A DNA stretch of 64,000 bases from an uncultured Candidatus Binatia bacterium (GCA_964291295.2 OZ219754.1:1408001-1472000), one strand, 5' to 3'; shown: positions 42,987 through 53,661, counted from the stretch's first letter. The notes: a model not told the origin generated them from the letters alone. Translations and numbers: made by a program.

Positions 42987-43893
42987 CGGCCTTGGCGGCC
43001 TCGACGCGAAGACGCTCACCGAACCGGCGCCCGGCGCGGGAGTCTGGCGCGAGTTCCGGCGCCACAAGGGAGCGGCGGCCGGCGCCGCGGTGTTGCTGCT
43101 GCTGGGTTTGATGGTGCTGTTCGGGCCGACCGTCCACCGGGTCGATCCACGGCACGTGGACTACCCGGTCCGGAACCGCGGCCCGTCGCTGGCGCACCCC
43201 ATGGGAACCGACAATCTGGGCCGCGACATGCTGGCGCGGGTGCTGGCCGGGGGGCGGGTCTCGCTGGCGGTGGGGGTTGCCGCCATGGTCCTGTCCATCA
43301 CCCTCGGGACCTTCGCCGGCGTCATGGCCGGATTCTTCCGGCGGTTGGACGGTCCGCTGATGCGGTTCACCGACATCTTTCTGGCGCTTCCGGTGCTGCC
43401 GCTGCTGCTGGTGGGCATCATGCTGTTCCGGGATCCGTTGCGCACCGCCCTGGGACCGGAGGCGGGCATCTTCATCCTGGTGGTGGCGGTCATCGGCATG
43501 ACCAACTGGATGCAGACGGCCCGGGTGGTTCGCGGGGAGGTTCTGGCGGTCAAGGAGCGGGAGTTCGTGCTTGCCGCCCGAAGCGCCGGCGCGGCCCCGC
43601 GCCGCATCATCCTGAGCCACGTACTGCCCAACGCCCTGAGTCCCGTGATCGTGGCCGCGACCCTGGGGGTCGCCAATGCCATCATTGTCGAAAGCTCGCT
43701 CAGCTTCCTCGGCCTGGGCTTTCCGTCCGATTTTCCCACTTGGGGCCGCCTGCTCCATGATGGTGTCCCGTTCCTTGAGATCGCTCCCGCGCGGGTGTTC
43801 TGGCCCGGCCTCGCCATCTCGCTCGCCGTCCTGAGCGTGAACTACATGGGGGACGGCCTGCGTGACGCTCTGGATCCGCGGGTGCGGCGATAG
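42979..43893 (+). CDS. Peptide ABC transporter permease (OppC/DppC-like)
   Basis: HPMGTDNLGRD, EFVLAARSAGA, HVLPN, GDGLRDALDPR. Confidence 0.93.
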   Translation: MTDGLGGLDAKTLTEPAPGAGVWREFRRHKGAAAGAAVLLLLGLMVLFGPTVHRVDPRHVDYPVRNRGPSLAHPMGTDNLGRDMLARVLAGGRVSLAVGVAAMVLSITLGTFAGVMAGFFRRLDGPLMRFTDIFLALPVLPLLLVGIMLFRDPLRTALGPEAGIFILVVAVIGMTNWMQTARVVRGEVLAVKEREFVLAARSAGAAPRRIILSHVLPNALSPVIVAATLGVANAIIVESSLSFLGLGFPSDFPTWGRLLHDGVPFLEIAPARVFWPGLAISLAVLSVNYMGDGLRDALDPRVRR

Positions 43894-43928
43894 CCGGGTG
43901 CGCCGGCGCGACCGGCGCGGGCGGGAGA

Positions 43929-44570
43929 CTACCGCGGCACCGGCCGGCTCAGACAGCGAAGCCCGGTTTCGTCGTCCAGGGCATACCAGAACCGACCGCC
44001 GTTCAGGGCCAGGCATCCTGGCCTGAACGGGACGGGAATACGCTCCGCCACCCGCTCGCGCACCGGGTCGTAGCGGATAAACGCGAAGACCGCCTGGTGT
44101 TCATCGCTCCAGTCCCCGAGGGGTCCGGGGTCGCATTCGACACACCAGAGTTCGTCGTCGTGCGAAGTCGGGCTGAAGGTCTGGTGCTCCATGCGGATGG
44201 TCCACAGGGTTCGCCCGTTCTCCGGGTCCATGCAGAACAGCTTCCGGTTGCGCCGGTGGCTGAGCCACAGCCGGCCCTTGACCACCGTCGCGCCGGCGGC
44301 GGCACCGTCCGGGCAGTCGAAGCGGCGCATGACCCGTTTCCGTTCAGGCGACCAGAGGAGCAGCTGCTGTCCCAGCCGGCCACCGCCGGCGACCAGCCAC
44401 ACGCCGTCGCTCGACGGACAGGCGTACCGGACACCGGGAAGCGACAGGACCTGCTCGCAGGACTGGCGGACCGGGTCATGGACGATCACGATGGACGCAT
44501 CCGCGGACGCGAGCCACAGGCGGCCCCGGTGCCACTGCATGCCCGTGATGAGGACTGACCGGATGTCCAT
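43929..44570 (-). CDS. Hypothetical protein, possible beta-propeller
   Basis: Repeating G-x-x-W/LW strand motifs (GRLWL, DGVWL, GRLWLS, DELWC, GRFWY). Confidence 0.5.
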   Translation of the reverse strand: MDIRSVLITGMQWHRGRLWLASADASIVIVHDPVRQSCEQVLSLPGVRYACPSSDGVWLVAGGGRLGQQLLLWSPERKRVMRRFDCPDGAAAGATVVKGRLWLSHRRNRKLFCMDPENGRTLWTIRMEHQTFSPTSHDDELWCVECDPGPLGDWSDEHQAVFAFIRYDPVRERVAERIPVPFRPGCLALNGGRFWYALDDETGLRCLSRPVPR

Positions 44571-45046
44571 CCTTCGCCTTGTATCAGAAACAGGTGCGCG
44601 CGGTGCGGGTCTGCCTCGTCGTCCGGGTCGAAGGCCGATTGCGGCCCGCGGGGAGTCATCCGGGAGTGTGCGCCGCCGGAGGCCTCGGGAGGTGGCCGGC
44701 AGGGACACATCCGTCCGGATTCTCGTCCAGGATGCCGGAAATTCGCTGTCGTGTCCCATTGTCGAACAGAAACAGGGTCTCCATATCGGGCGCCCGCCGG
44801 CTCTTGACAGGGTGGGGCGCCTGTGGGCAAGACGGGGAGGGTTGCGCCGACTGCCGGAGTATTTCACGGCAACTCCCGTGTTGCCGGCCGTACATGTTGT
44901 TTCGGGTCGTACATCTGCTTGCACGGGCTGCCTCACTATGGTAAGGCTTGATCCGACATGGAGCCGGTGTACGTGCGCCGTACTTTCACATATTGCACAT
45001 ATCTGGACACGGAGCGTTCGCCGGGGTCCGTTTGCGGGATCAGGAA

Positions 45047-45116
45047 GGTTTGAGGCCGTCAGTTTCAAGCCGCTGGTTTGAGGCGGTCGGTTTGAGGCCG
45101 TCGGTTTCAGGCGGTC
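45047..45116. repeat. 14-nt tandem repeat GGTTTGAGGCCGTC x5 upstream of the lipoprotein array
   Basis: Units start at 45047, 45061, 45075, 45089 and 45103. Confidence 0.88.
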
Positions 45117-45246
45117 ATTGAAACGCTCAGTTGGCGACGGTTGTTCAGGGACGGTTGGTGGACGTTTTTGTGTTGCGTTACATGAGACGGGATGTTCAAG
45201 AGCTTCGTCCCGAAGCTGTTTCTGAAGGCGAAAGGAGAGTTCGGAC

Positions 45247-46971
45247 ATGAGAAAGATGAGGATGTTGGTGCACAAGAATCTGGCGGCGGTCTGTTGCGCC
45301 ATCATGTTCGCCTTCGGGCTTGCGGCATGCAGTAGCAGCAGCAACAACAAGACGGTGGTGACCGAAGCCGAGAAAACCATAAATACGGCCCGTACGGGGG
45401 CCATGAGTGCGGCGACGGCGGCCAAGACGGCGTCGGACAACGCCAAGGAGGCGGTCGATGAGGCGGACGCGGCGGTCATGGCTGTTGCCCCCATTTTTAC
45501 GATGACGGGCGGCGATGACGGCACCGTGAATCTGGCCGGCCTGGTGAAGGAGGGCCGCGATGCGGCCGGCATGGCGGAGGAGTACAATCAAGAGACCAAG
45601 ATGGAGTCCGACAAGGCTGCGGCCGCGGAAACGGTGACGGCGGCAGCCGATGCCAGGGCGAAAGCGGAGTTGGCCCAGGAGAAAGCCGAAGCCCAGGCGC
45701 GGATAGCCGCTGAAAAGGCCAAGATGGCGACGGATGCCGCCGCGAAGGGAATCAAGGTCTCCGGCGATACGGACATGGCGAGGACGTACGGTTTCGGCGA
45801 CACTTCCATCACTCCCGCCGCCTTGCCCAAGAAAAATTCGGACACGAGTGTGGTCAACGGCAAGACGGTCACGAAGACGACGGGCCTCATAGGTACGGCC
45901 GACGGCCACGCCCCCATGGTGGATGTCGCCGCAGTCATGTACCTGGCCAAGAGCGGCAGTACTCCGGAGCGCAAGGCCAAGCCGGCGATCGAGAAACGGA
46001 CGTTTACGTTCGCCAAGGCATACGACTCGGCAGACGACGGAAGCCGCCTCTGGCTCGCCACCCAGTATGCCGCTGGCAGGGCCGTGCACACGTTCCGTGA
46101 CACCTCTGGCTCGCTCGATCTCGAAAAGACCGACGATGCGACATGGGGCGCTCACGATCATGACAGCGACTCCAGTACGGCGAAGCTGAAGGTGATGAAG
46201 GCGACCGGCATGTTCTACATGGCCTCCGGCTCGGGGGCTTTTGACCAGACGAACCCCTCGAGCGCCACGATCGAGGACGAAACGAAGGTGAACAAGGATA
46301 TCTTCTACTACCAACATCCCACCGAAGGGAAAAAGTGGTTGAGGCGGACCCAGTCCGTGACCCCCACAGGCGAAGCGACCACTCATACCTATATGAACGT
46401 GAGCGTCGTCGAGAATGTCATGGGCTTTCCGGTGGCGACCGACTACATACATGTCAACTACGGCATATGGATCGGCAATCTGAAGGCCGACGGTGACGAC
46501 AGCGACGCCGACCTTACCGAACTTGGCACGGGGTTTGCCTCTGCCAAGGCGGGCAAAGGCATGACCGGGGAGATGCCGGACTCCGGCACGGGCACCTACA
46601 AGGGCTCTTATCTCGTGTCCTATCGCAAGGCCCACGCGGATGGCAACGGCAGCCTCATGTCCAGTGCGAATCACTCGACAGTGACGGCGGACTTCGCGAA
46701 GGCGACCGTGATGGTCGATTTGCATTCCCTCGCCAAGCTTGAGGGCACAATCGCCGGGGACAGGTTCTCGGGAACCAAGGTCTCCAGCGTGACCGGTATG
46801 GTGGGCGAGACAGCGGTTCTGACGGCAAGTGCGGACGGCAGCGGTTACACGGGCAGTTTCAGCGGCGGTTTCTTCGGACCCCAGGCGGCGGAAGTCGGCG
46901 GCGTGTTCTCCTACACGTCGAAGGACAAGAAGAATGGCGAATTCCGTGGCTCCTTCGGCGGAGCCAAGTAG
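45247..46971 (+). CDS. Surface lipoprotein B, Ala-rich stalk plus TbpB-like barrel
   Basis: LAA-C lipobox; MPDSGTGTYKG; GGFFGPQAAEVGGVF...GSFGGAK. Confidence 0.85.
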   Translation: MRKMRMLVHKNLAAVCCAIMFAFGLAACSSSSNNKTVVTEAEKTINTARTGAMSAATAAKTASDNAKEAVDEADAAVMAVAPIFTMTGGDDGTVNLAGLVKEGRDAAGMAEEYNQETKMESDKAAAAETVTAAADARAKAELAQEKAEAQARIAAEKAKMATDAAAKGIKVSGDTDMARTYGFGDTSITPAALPKKNSDTSVVNGKTVTKTTGLIGTADGHAPMVDVAAVMYLAKSGSTPERKAKPAIEKRTFTFAKAYDSADDGSRLWLATQYAAGRAVHTFRDTSGSLDLEKTDDATWGAHDHDSDSSTAKLKVMKATGMFYMASGSGAFDQTNPSSATIEDETKVNKDIFYYQHPTEGKKWLRRTQSVTPTGEATTHTYMNVSVVENVMGFPVATDYIHVNYGIWIGNLKADGDDSDADLTELGTGFASAKAGKGMTGEMPDSGTGTYKGSYLVSYRKAHADGNGSLMSSANHSTVTADFAKATVMVDLHSLAKLEGTIAGDRFSGTKVSSVTGMVGETAVLTASADGSGYTGSFSGGFFGPQAAEVGGVFSYTSKDKKNGEFRGSFGGAK

Positions 46972-47182
46972 CAGGTCGTCGTCGGTTCACTGAGTGGGGC
47001 GCGCTGTCCATCTCCGGACCGGGCGCCTCGCATCGTGGCGGCTGACGGGCGGAAGCCACGCGGTTCCGGGCAATGATCGCCAAGGTTGTTTTCGCCGGGA
47101 CCGTTTGGGGACGTTCCACGAGACAGGATGTTCAAGGGCTTCGTCCCGAGGCTGTTTCTGAAGGCGAAAGGAGAGTTCGGAC

Positions 47183-48943
47183 ATGAGAAAGATGAGGATG
47201 TTGGTGCACAAGATGGTACACAAGAACTTGGCGGCGGTCTGTTGCGCCGTCATGCTCGCCTTCGGGCTTGCGGCATGCAGTAGCAGCAGCAACAAGACGG
47301 TGGTGACCGAAGCCGAGAAAACCATAAATACGGCCCGTACGGGGGCCATGAGTGCGGCGACGGCGGCCAAGACGGCGTCGGACAACGCCAAGGAGGCGGC
47401 CGATGAAGCGGACGCGGCGGTCATGGCTGTTACCCCCATTTTTACCATGACGGGCGGCGGTGACGATCCCGTGAATCTGGCCGGCTTGGCGAAGGAGGCC
47501 CGCGATGCGGCCACCAACGCGGAAAAGTACAATCAAGAGACCAAGACGGAGTCCGACAAGGCCGCGGCCGCGGAAACGGTGACGGCGGCAGCCGACGCCA
47601 GGGCGGCAGCGGAGTTGGCCCAGGAGAACGCCGAAGCCCAGGAGCGGATAGCCGCCGAAAAGGCCAAAATGGCGAAGGATACCGCCGCGATGGGAATCAA
47701 GGTCTCCGGCGATACGGATATGGCGAGGACGTACAGTTTCGGCGACACGTCCATCACCCCCGCCGCCTTGACCGGCAAGAAGGTGGAGACGAGGCTGGTC
47801 AACGGCAAGGAAGTCACGCTGTCGACGAATCTCATAGGCGATTTCAAGGTTTCCCTCAAGGAGGACGTTGCTGGAGTCGAGGGTACGGCTGCGTCAGGGG
47901 GTACCCCGGAGGTCAAGGCCAAGCCGATAATCGAAGCACGCGAGACCTTGGTCGGGAAGATATACGACTCGGCGGACGACAAGACCCGCCTCCTGCTCTT
48001 CACCCACTACACCGGCAGCAAGGTCGTAGGCGCGTACCGCACAGTCAACACCAAGACGGTCGAGGGCAAAGTGACCCCCAATGCGGAACACGGCGAGTAC
48101 GATCATGATAATGATGACGAAACGCCTAGCTTGAAGGTGATGAAGGCGGCCGGTGAGTTCTACCTGGTCACCGGCTCGGGGGCTTTGAGCGCGAGCAGTC
48201 ACACCGACAAGATCGAGAAGGCCACGAAGGCCACCCCGATCTACTACTACACCGAACCCGCCGAGGGATCGACGCCGAGCAAGAAGATCTGGATCGTGCG
48301 AAGCAAGACCAAAGACGAAGCCGGAACGATCACATACGAATACCAGGACGTGAGTGTCGTCGAGAACGTCAAGGGCTTTCCGGTGGCGACTCCCTATCAG
48401 CATCTCAATTACGGCATGTGGATTGGCAATCTGAAAGCCAATGGTGATGACAGCGATGCCGACCTTGCCGAACTCGGAACGGCGTTTGTCGTTGCCAAGG
48501 CGGGCGGCAAGGGTATGACCGGCGGTGACATGCCGGCCAGCGGCACGGCCACCTATGACGGCCATTACGTCGTGACATTTCGCGCCAAGAAAGCGACAGG
48601 CGACGGTCGCTTCCATTACAGGTCGGATCACTCGACATTGACAGCAAATTTCGCGAATGACACCGTCATGGTCGATCTGTACGGCCTCGCCACACTCGAG
48701 GGCACCATCAAGGGCGACTGGTTCTCGGGAACCAATGTTTCCGGGGTCGCTCCGCTGAGCGACAAGCCAGCCAATGATTTTCTTGAGGCGGACACGAGCG
48801 GTGCCAATTACACGGGCACGTTCAGCGGCGGCTTCTTCGGACCCAAGGCTGCGGAAGCCGGCGGCGTGTTCGACTACACGTCGGAGGGCAGGAAGAAGGG
48901 CGAATTCCGCGGAGCCTTCGGCGGAGTCAAGCAGGCGGAGTAG
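47183..48943 (+). CDS. Surface lipoprotein C, paralog of B
   Basis: N-terminal ~190 aa nearly identical to B; MPASGTATYDG; GGFFGPKAAEAGGVF...GAFGG. Confidence 0.85.
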   Translation: MRKMRMLVHKMVHKNLAAVCCAVMLAFGLAACSSSSNKTVVTEAEKTINTARTGAMSAATAAKTASDNAKEAADEADAAVMAVTPIFTMTGGGDDPVNLAGLAKEARDAATNAEKYNQETKTESDKAAAAETVTAAADARAAAELAQENAEAQERIAAEKAKMAKDTAAMGIKVSGDTDMARTYSFGDTSITPAALTGKKVETRLVNGKEVTLSTNLIGDFKVSLKEDVAGVEGTAASGGTPEVKAKPIIEARETLVGKIYDSADDKTRLLLFTHYTGSKVVGAYRTVNTKTVEGKVTPNAEHGEYDHDNDDETPSLKVMKAAGEFYLVTGSGALSASSHTDKIEKATKATPIYYYTEPAEGSTPSKKIWIVRSKTKDEAGTITYEYQDVSVVENVKGFPVATPYQHLNYGMWIGNLKANGDDSDADLAELGTAFVVAKAGGKGMTGGDMPASGTATYDGHYVVTFRAKKATGDGRFHYRSDHSTLTANFANDTVMVDLYGLATLEGTIKGDWFSGTNVSGVAPLSDKPANDFLEADTSGANYTGTFSGGFFGPKAAEAGGVFDYTSEGRKKGEFRGAFGGVKQAE

Positions 48944-49079
48944 TCGGAGTAGTAACAGATCGCCGTCATCGGCGGCGGTTCACGGAGCGAGGCGTCCGGC
49001 GGGACGAAGCCTAGACGCTTGCTGAATGCGTCCTGTGATGCTGCCGGAGGGAAGTTCCGCGCCAAGGAGTTCGAGAACG

Positions 49080-50894
49080 ATGAGGATATTGATGTACGGA
49101 ATGATGCACGGAATGATGCACGGGATGATGAACAGGAACTTGGCGGCGGTCTTCTGCGCGGTGGTGTTGGCCTTCGGGCTGGCGGCATGCGGCGGCAGCA
49201 GCAACAACAACCGGACCCCGGCGACGACCCCGGATCTGCCGCCGGCGGGGCCGACGGCAGTGGAGACGGCGATCAAGGAGGCCCGGACATCGGCGATGGC
49301 GGCGTCGGGCAAGGCCAAGACGGCGTCGGACAACGCGGGGACGTCGGCGGATGAGGCGGAAGCGGCGATCCTGGGTGTCGTGCCCGTTTTCACTCCCAAG
49401 GGGGAGATGACGGCGAAGAGCTACGCGGATGCGGCCCGGACGGCGGCGGACATGGCGAAGGCGGAGTACGACAAGGCCAAGATGGAGTCGGACAAGGCTG
49501 CGGCCACGAGCGACTTGAGTGTGGCGGCCGAGGCCGAAGTCGCAGCCGAGGCGGCGCAGGCGAAGGCGGAGGCTCAGGCGGCGATGGCCGCGGAAAAGGC
49601 GAAGATGGCGAAGGAGGCCGCGGCCAAGGAGGTTCGGCATGTCGAGGGGATGACCTACGGGTACGGCGACACGACCATCACGGCGGGTGCACCCTATGCC
49701 AAGCTCACGACCGGGGGCAAGACCATCGAGACCGGCAAGCGCGGCGGCATCAACGAGGCCTCACGGGATTTTCGAAAGGAACCGGTCCGATACGTGAAGG
49801 CAACCGAAAGCAAGCCGGAGGTGGTTTCCCGGACGGGAATCCATGCACGGACCATCCCGGTCGGTTCCTACAACGACTCGGAGAAGTCCCGTTTCTGGCT
49901 GGTCGAAAAGTATGTCACCAACACCAAGGGGGTGAAGGCCTACCGCAGGGCGAAGGACGCCAGCGATCAGCCCATCAACGTGACCGCCCCGATCACGGTC
50001 GAGAACCCGTTCGGTTCGGTCACGGTAGGGGAAAAGACCTACAAGGTCATGCGGGCGGAGGGGGAGTTCCATATTCTTGATACCCCGGAGTCGAAGAAAC
50101 TGGACAAGACGAATGCCTGGGACTGGATCAATGGGGGCACCAAGGACGCGAATGCGGGCGTGGGCGTCTACTACTACAACAACGGCAGCAAGGACATCTA
50201 TCTTCTGCGCACCGGAACGAGCGGGACCGACAACTTCACCTACCGGCAGATTTTCGTCTACGATGTGCCGGATTTCCCGGAGGCGAGGCCCTATGAGCAC
50301 ATGAACTACGGGATGTGGCACACGCAGAAGTCAGGCAGGACCAACCTTGGCATCTCATTCGTCACGGTGCTGCCCGATGGCGAGGGCATGACCCCGGCGG
50401 CCAACATGCCAGGCTTCGGCAGCGCCACCTACAGGGGTCATGCAGTCTGGCAACGCCGCGACCCGCACGCTCAAGGCGAAGGAGGTATCGGCGGTCATGA
50501 GGGGAACTCAACCACGACGGTGGATTTCGGGAAAAGCACCATCAAGACCAATATTTTTGACTGGCACTACACGTCGCAAGGCGGATCCAACGGGATTCTC
50601 GCCACATTCCACGGCACCATCGACGGGAACGGGTTCTCGGGCAGCAAAGTGACCAATGTCAACGCCGAAGGCGCCGGCTACGATACGCCGGGGTTTTTTG
50701 CTGGCTATCAGGCCCGCCATCGTACTGCATCGAAGCTGGCCACGAGCGTGGACGGCAGCCTGTAGTACGAGGTGAGGGAGTACCGCGGGAATTTCTTCGG
50801 GCCGGACGCCGAAGAGGTGGGCGGCGTGTTCGACATCACGTCCAAGGACAAGAAGAACGGCGAGTTGCGCGGCTCCTTCGGCGGCCGCAGGTAG
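49080..50894 (+). pseudogene. Surface lipoprotein D (paralog of A) interrupted by an in-frame TAG at 50763-50765
   Basis: CTGTAGTAC versus CTGTAC in A; frame continues YEVREYRGNFFGPDAEEVGGVF...GSFGGRR to the stop at 50894. Confidence 0.82.
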
Positions 50895-50932
50895 TAAACA
50901 GGTCGCCGTCACCGGCGGTGGTTCACGGAGCG

Positions 50933-50973
50933 GGGCGCCCGATCCATCTCCGGATCGGGCGCCCTTTTCTTTT
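50933..50973 (+). terminator. Intrinsic terminator/attenuator between lipoprotein D and slam
   Basis: Same 13-bp stem and T tract as 25887-25928. Confidence 0.8.
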
Positions 50974-50999
50974 CCAGACAGCTGCCAGGGAGGCTGTGG

Positions 51000-52325
51000 A
51001 TGCACGTTTACATGAGTCTGGTTGGCACAATACTGCTCGCGCTGGTTCTGGCGACCGCGCCCGCGGAGGGCCAGCAGCCGCCTCCGGAGCTGTCCGCCGA
51101 GGCGCTGATCGATGCCGCACGGGCGGCCTTGGCAAAGGGCGAGCCGGAAGACGCCGCGTTCCTGCTCGACGGTGTGAAACCGGGCGAGGGGAACCCCGAC
51201 GATCTCGATTTTCTGCGCGGCTCCATCGCGATGCAGCGCGGGGAGTGGCAGGAGGCGATCGCACGGTTCCGGGCGATGCTGGCGCGCAATCCCGATCTGC
51301 CCCGGGTGCGGCTTGACTTGGCGTTGGCCTATTTTCAGGCGGAGGATGACGGCAATGCGGCCTATCATTTCCGCCTGGCGCTGGGTGCGAAGGACCTGCC
51401 CGAGACGGTGCGCGCCTCGGCGCTCGCTTTCCTCGACCGCATCCGGCGGCGCAAGCGATGGTCGGTTACCGGCTCGGTGGCGGTTGTGCCCGACACCAAC
51501 ATCAACGCCAGGACCGATGCCCGGGAGATCCTCCTGTTCGGCAGCCAGCGGGCTACGCTATCGGATGATGCGCGCCGGACCAGCGGCGTCGGGGTGAATG
51601 TCAACATGTCGGGCGGTTACGAAGGGCGGGTTTCGCCCGACCTGCGGTTCCGGGTCGGCGGCGGGCTCCAGACGCGAACCTACCGGGAGAGTGATTTCAA
51701 CGAACAGATCGTCAACCTGTACGCCGGGCCGCGCTTCCTGTTCGACAAGTTCGACCTGCGTCCCGACGTGACCGCGCGGCAGCGCTGGCTCGGCGGCACC
51801 GCCTACAGCTTGGCGCTGGGTATCGGGCTTTCGGGCAATTGGCTTGTGGGGCAGACATGGCGGCTGGGCGCGTCGCTCAGTCGCGAGCGGATCGACTACG
51901 AGGAGGGCAATCTCGGCGAGGGCAACCTCGATTCCGTCGGGCTCAACCTCACCCATGCGCTGGACAAGGCGACGCTGTTGCGGGCCGACACCGCATGGAG
52001 CAGTGAGACGCTGGACCTGGACACCCATTCCTGGCGCGAGTTCCTCGTCGGATTGACGGTTTCGCGCGAGTTGCCCCTGGGCTTCGTGGCCAGCGGGGGG
52101 ACCACCTGGCGCTGGCGCCGATACGGCGCGGCTCATCTCTTGTACGGCCCGGAGGCGCGGCGGGAACGGACGCTTGCCCTGCGCAGCACGCTGTCCAACC
52201 GGAATGTCGAGATTTTCGGCTTCATGCCCGAAATCGCCCTGCGCCACGAGCGGCGGGACAGCAACGTCGCGTACTACGACTACACGCGCACGGTTGGCGA
52301 ACTCGGCATGGTCAGGACATTCTGA
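51000..52325 (+). CDS. Surface lipoprotein assembly modulator Slam (TPR + DUF560 outer-membrane barrel; type XI secretion)
   Basis: Signal peptide, TPR with RVRLDLA motif, PDTNIN, RRDSNVAYYDY, terminal RTF; adjacent TbpB-barrel cargo genes. Confidence 0.85.
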   Translation: MHVYMSLVGTILLALVLATAPAEGQQPPPELSAEALIDAARAALAKGEPEDAAFLLDGVKPGEGNPDDLDFLRGSIAMQRGEWQEAIARFRAMLARNPDLPRVRLDLALAYFQAEDDGNAAYHFRLALGAKDLPETVRASALAFLDRIRRRKRWSVTGSVAVVPDTNINARTDAREILLFGSQRATLSDDARRTSGVGVNVNMSGGYEGRVSPDLRFRVGGGLQTRTYRESDFNEQIVNLYAGPRFLFDKFDLRPDVTARQRWLGGTAYSLALGIGLSGNWLVGQTWRLGASLSRERIDYEEGNLGEGNLDSVGLNLTHALDKATLLRADTAWSSETLDLDTHSWREFLVGLTVSRELPLGFVASGGTTWRWRRYGAAHLLYGPEARRERTLALRSTLSNRNVEIFGFMPEIALRHERRDSNVAYYDYTRTVGELGMVRTF

Positions 52326-52379
52326 CGGTCAAGGCCCGTACCGGGACCGCCCGGGCCGTCGCTGGCGCCGGAAAAATCG

Positions 52380-52426
52380 CCTGACCCGCCACGGGCGCAG
52401 CCGATTCACGCGCGTGGCCGGTCAGG
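52380..52426. other. Long imperfect hairpin downstream of slam
   Basis: CCTGACC.GCCACG.GCG / CGC.CGTGGC.GGTCAGG; no U tract. Confidence 0.45.
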
Positions 52427-52589
52427 TGCCGGCGGGAGAGGAGACGGTGCTGACGCGGTAATCCGGAACGATGCCGCAACTCCGGGTGAATCCTGTGGAA
52501 GACCCGGGAGTTCAGCCAGGCGGAAACCGCGGCAGGCCCCAAGGCCGCCCGTGCCACACCCGAAAGGGCTGCGGACAGGGAGATGCGAC

Positions 52590-53309
52590 ATGTCCGACAA
52601 GGTTCTTCTCGACAAGGTGGGCGAGACCGCGAGGATCACGCTCAACCGCCCGGAGAAGGGGAATGCCGTCGACGCCGAGTTGATGGCCGGGCTGATGGAG
52701 AGCCTGGCCCGGGTTGCAGGCCACCCCACCCTCCGGGTGCTGGTTCTCGAGGGCAGGGGAGAGCACTTCTGTGCCGGGCGGGAGGCGGACGCGCCCAAGC
52801 CCGGGAACGCCTCGGAGTTTGCCGAGGCTCTGAGCCGCATCGTCCGGGCCAACCGGCTGTTGCAGTCATTCCCGGGGATCAGCCTGGCGGTGGTGCGGGG
52901 AAAGGCCTTCGGCTTCGGCTGCGGGCTGGCGGTGCAAAGCGATGTGACATTGGCTGCGGAGGATGCCCGGTTCGCGTTCCCGGAGATCAACGCCGGCTTT
53001 CCGCCCACCATCGTCATGTCCTATCTGAGCCGGTGGATTCACCGGAAGAAGGCGCTGGAGCTGGTCATGACCGGGGGCGAGATCAGTGCCGCGGAGGCCG
53101 AGCGGCAGGGTCTGGTCAATCGCGTGGTTCCGCCAGACCGGCTGGCGGATGAGGAAAAACGCTGGATGGAAATGCTGGCGGGCCGCGACCTCAAGGGACT
53201 TCAGGCGACCAAGGCGTTTTTCAGGGACACCGCCGAGTGGTCCACCGAAGCGGCGGCACAGTACGGGGTGACGCGGTTGGCCAACTTTTTCGCAAGCCGG
53301 GACGGCTAA
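52590..53309 (+). CDS. Enoyl-CoA hydratase/isomerase family protein
   Basis: ITLNRPEKGNA, FCAG, AFGFGCGLA, FAFPEINAG. Confidence 0.9.
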   Translation: MSDKVLLDKVGETARITLNRPEKGNAVDAELMAGLMESLARVAGHPTLRVLVLEGRGEHFCAGREADAPKPGNASEFAEALSRIVRANRLLQSFPGISLAVVRGKAFGFGCGLAVQSDVTLAAEDARFAFPEINAGFPPTIVMSYLSRWIHRKKALELVMTGGEISAAEAERQGLVNRVVPPDRLADEEKRWMEMLAGRDLKGLQATKAFFRDTAEWSTEAAAQYGVTRLANFFASRDG

Positions 53310-53488
53310 CGCTTCAACCCGATCCTGTGACCGTAGCTGACCTCGCCCTTGTCTATCCTGAGAGAAAATCCGCAGTCAGGGTTGGTGCAGGCCCACGCCT
53401 TGTACATGACTGAAGCACCGTCCTGGCCGTAGTCCGACAGGGGTATCAACCTGCCATCGTCACATTTTTGACACGTTGGCAACTCCAT
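53306..53488 (-). CDS. 60-aa zinc-ribbon-like protein
   Basis: CQKC...CTNPDC; RBS AAAGGAGG upstream. Confidence 0.75.
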   Translation of the reverse strand: MELPTCQKCDDGRLIPLSDYGQDGASVMYKAWACTNPDCGFSLRIDKGEVSYGHRIGLKR

Positions 53489-53661
53489 CTCCGCTCCTCC
53501 TTTGCAGCGAGCACCGGCGGCCCTGGATGTGACGGACACCGTCTGTCATGGATACCGCCCCGGCCCGCCCGTTTTCCGCCGCGCCCCGGCAAGTTGACAG
53601 TTGCCCCGCACCTTATCGAAAATCCTGCGCGAAAGCAAACTGACCGGGGCGGCCGCCTGGT

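Noticed and set aside
45047-45116. CRISPR array (also considered at 22208-22249)
   Set aside because: Units are contiguous 14-15-mers with no unique spacers and no cas genes
50763-50765. Pyrrolysine recoding of the TAG in lipoprotein D
   Set aside because: The codon is an extra triplet relative to paralog A rather than a conserved residue, and no pyl genes are visible
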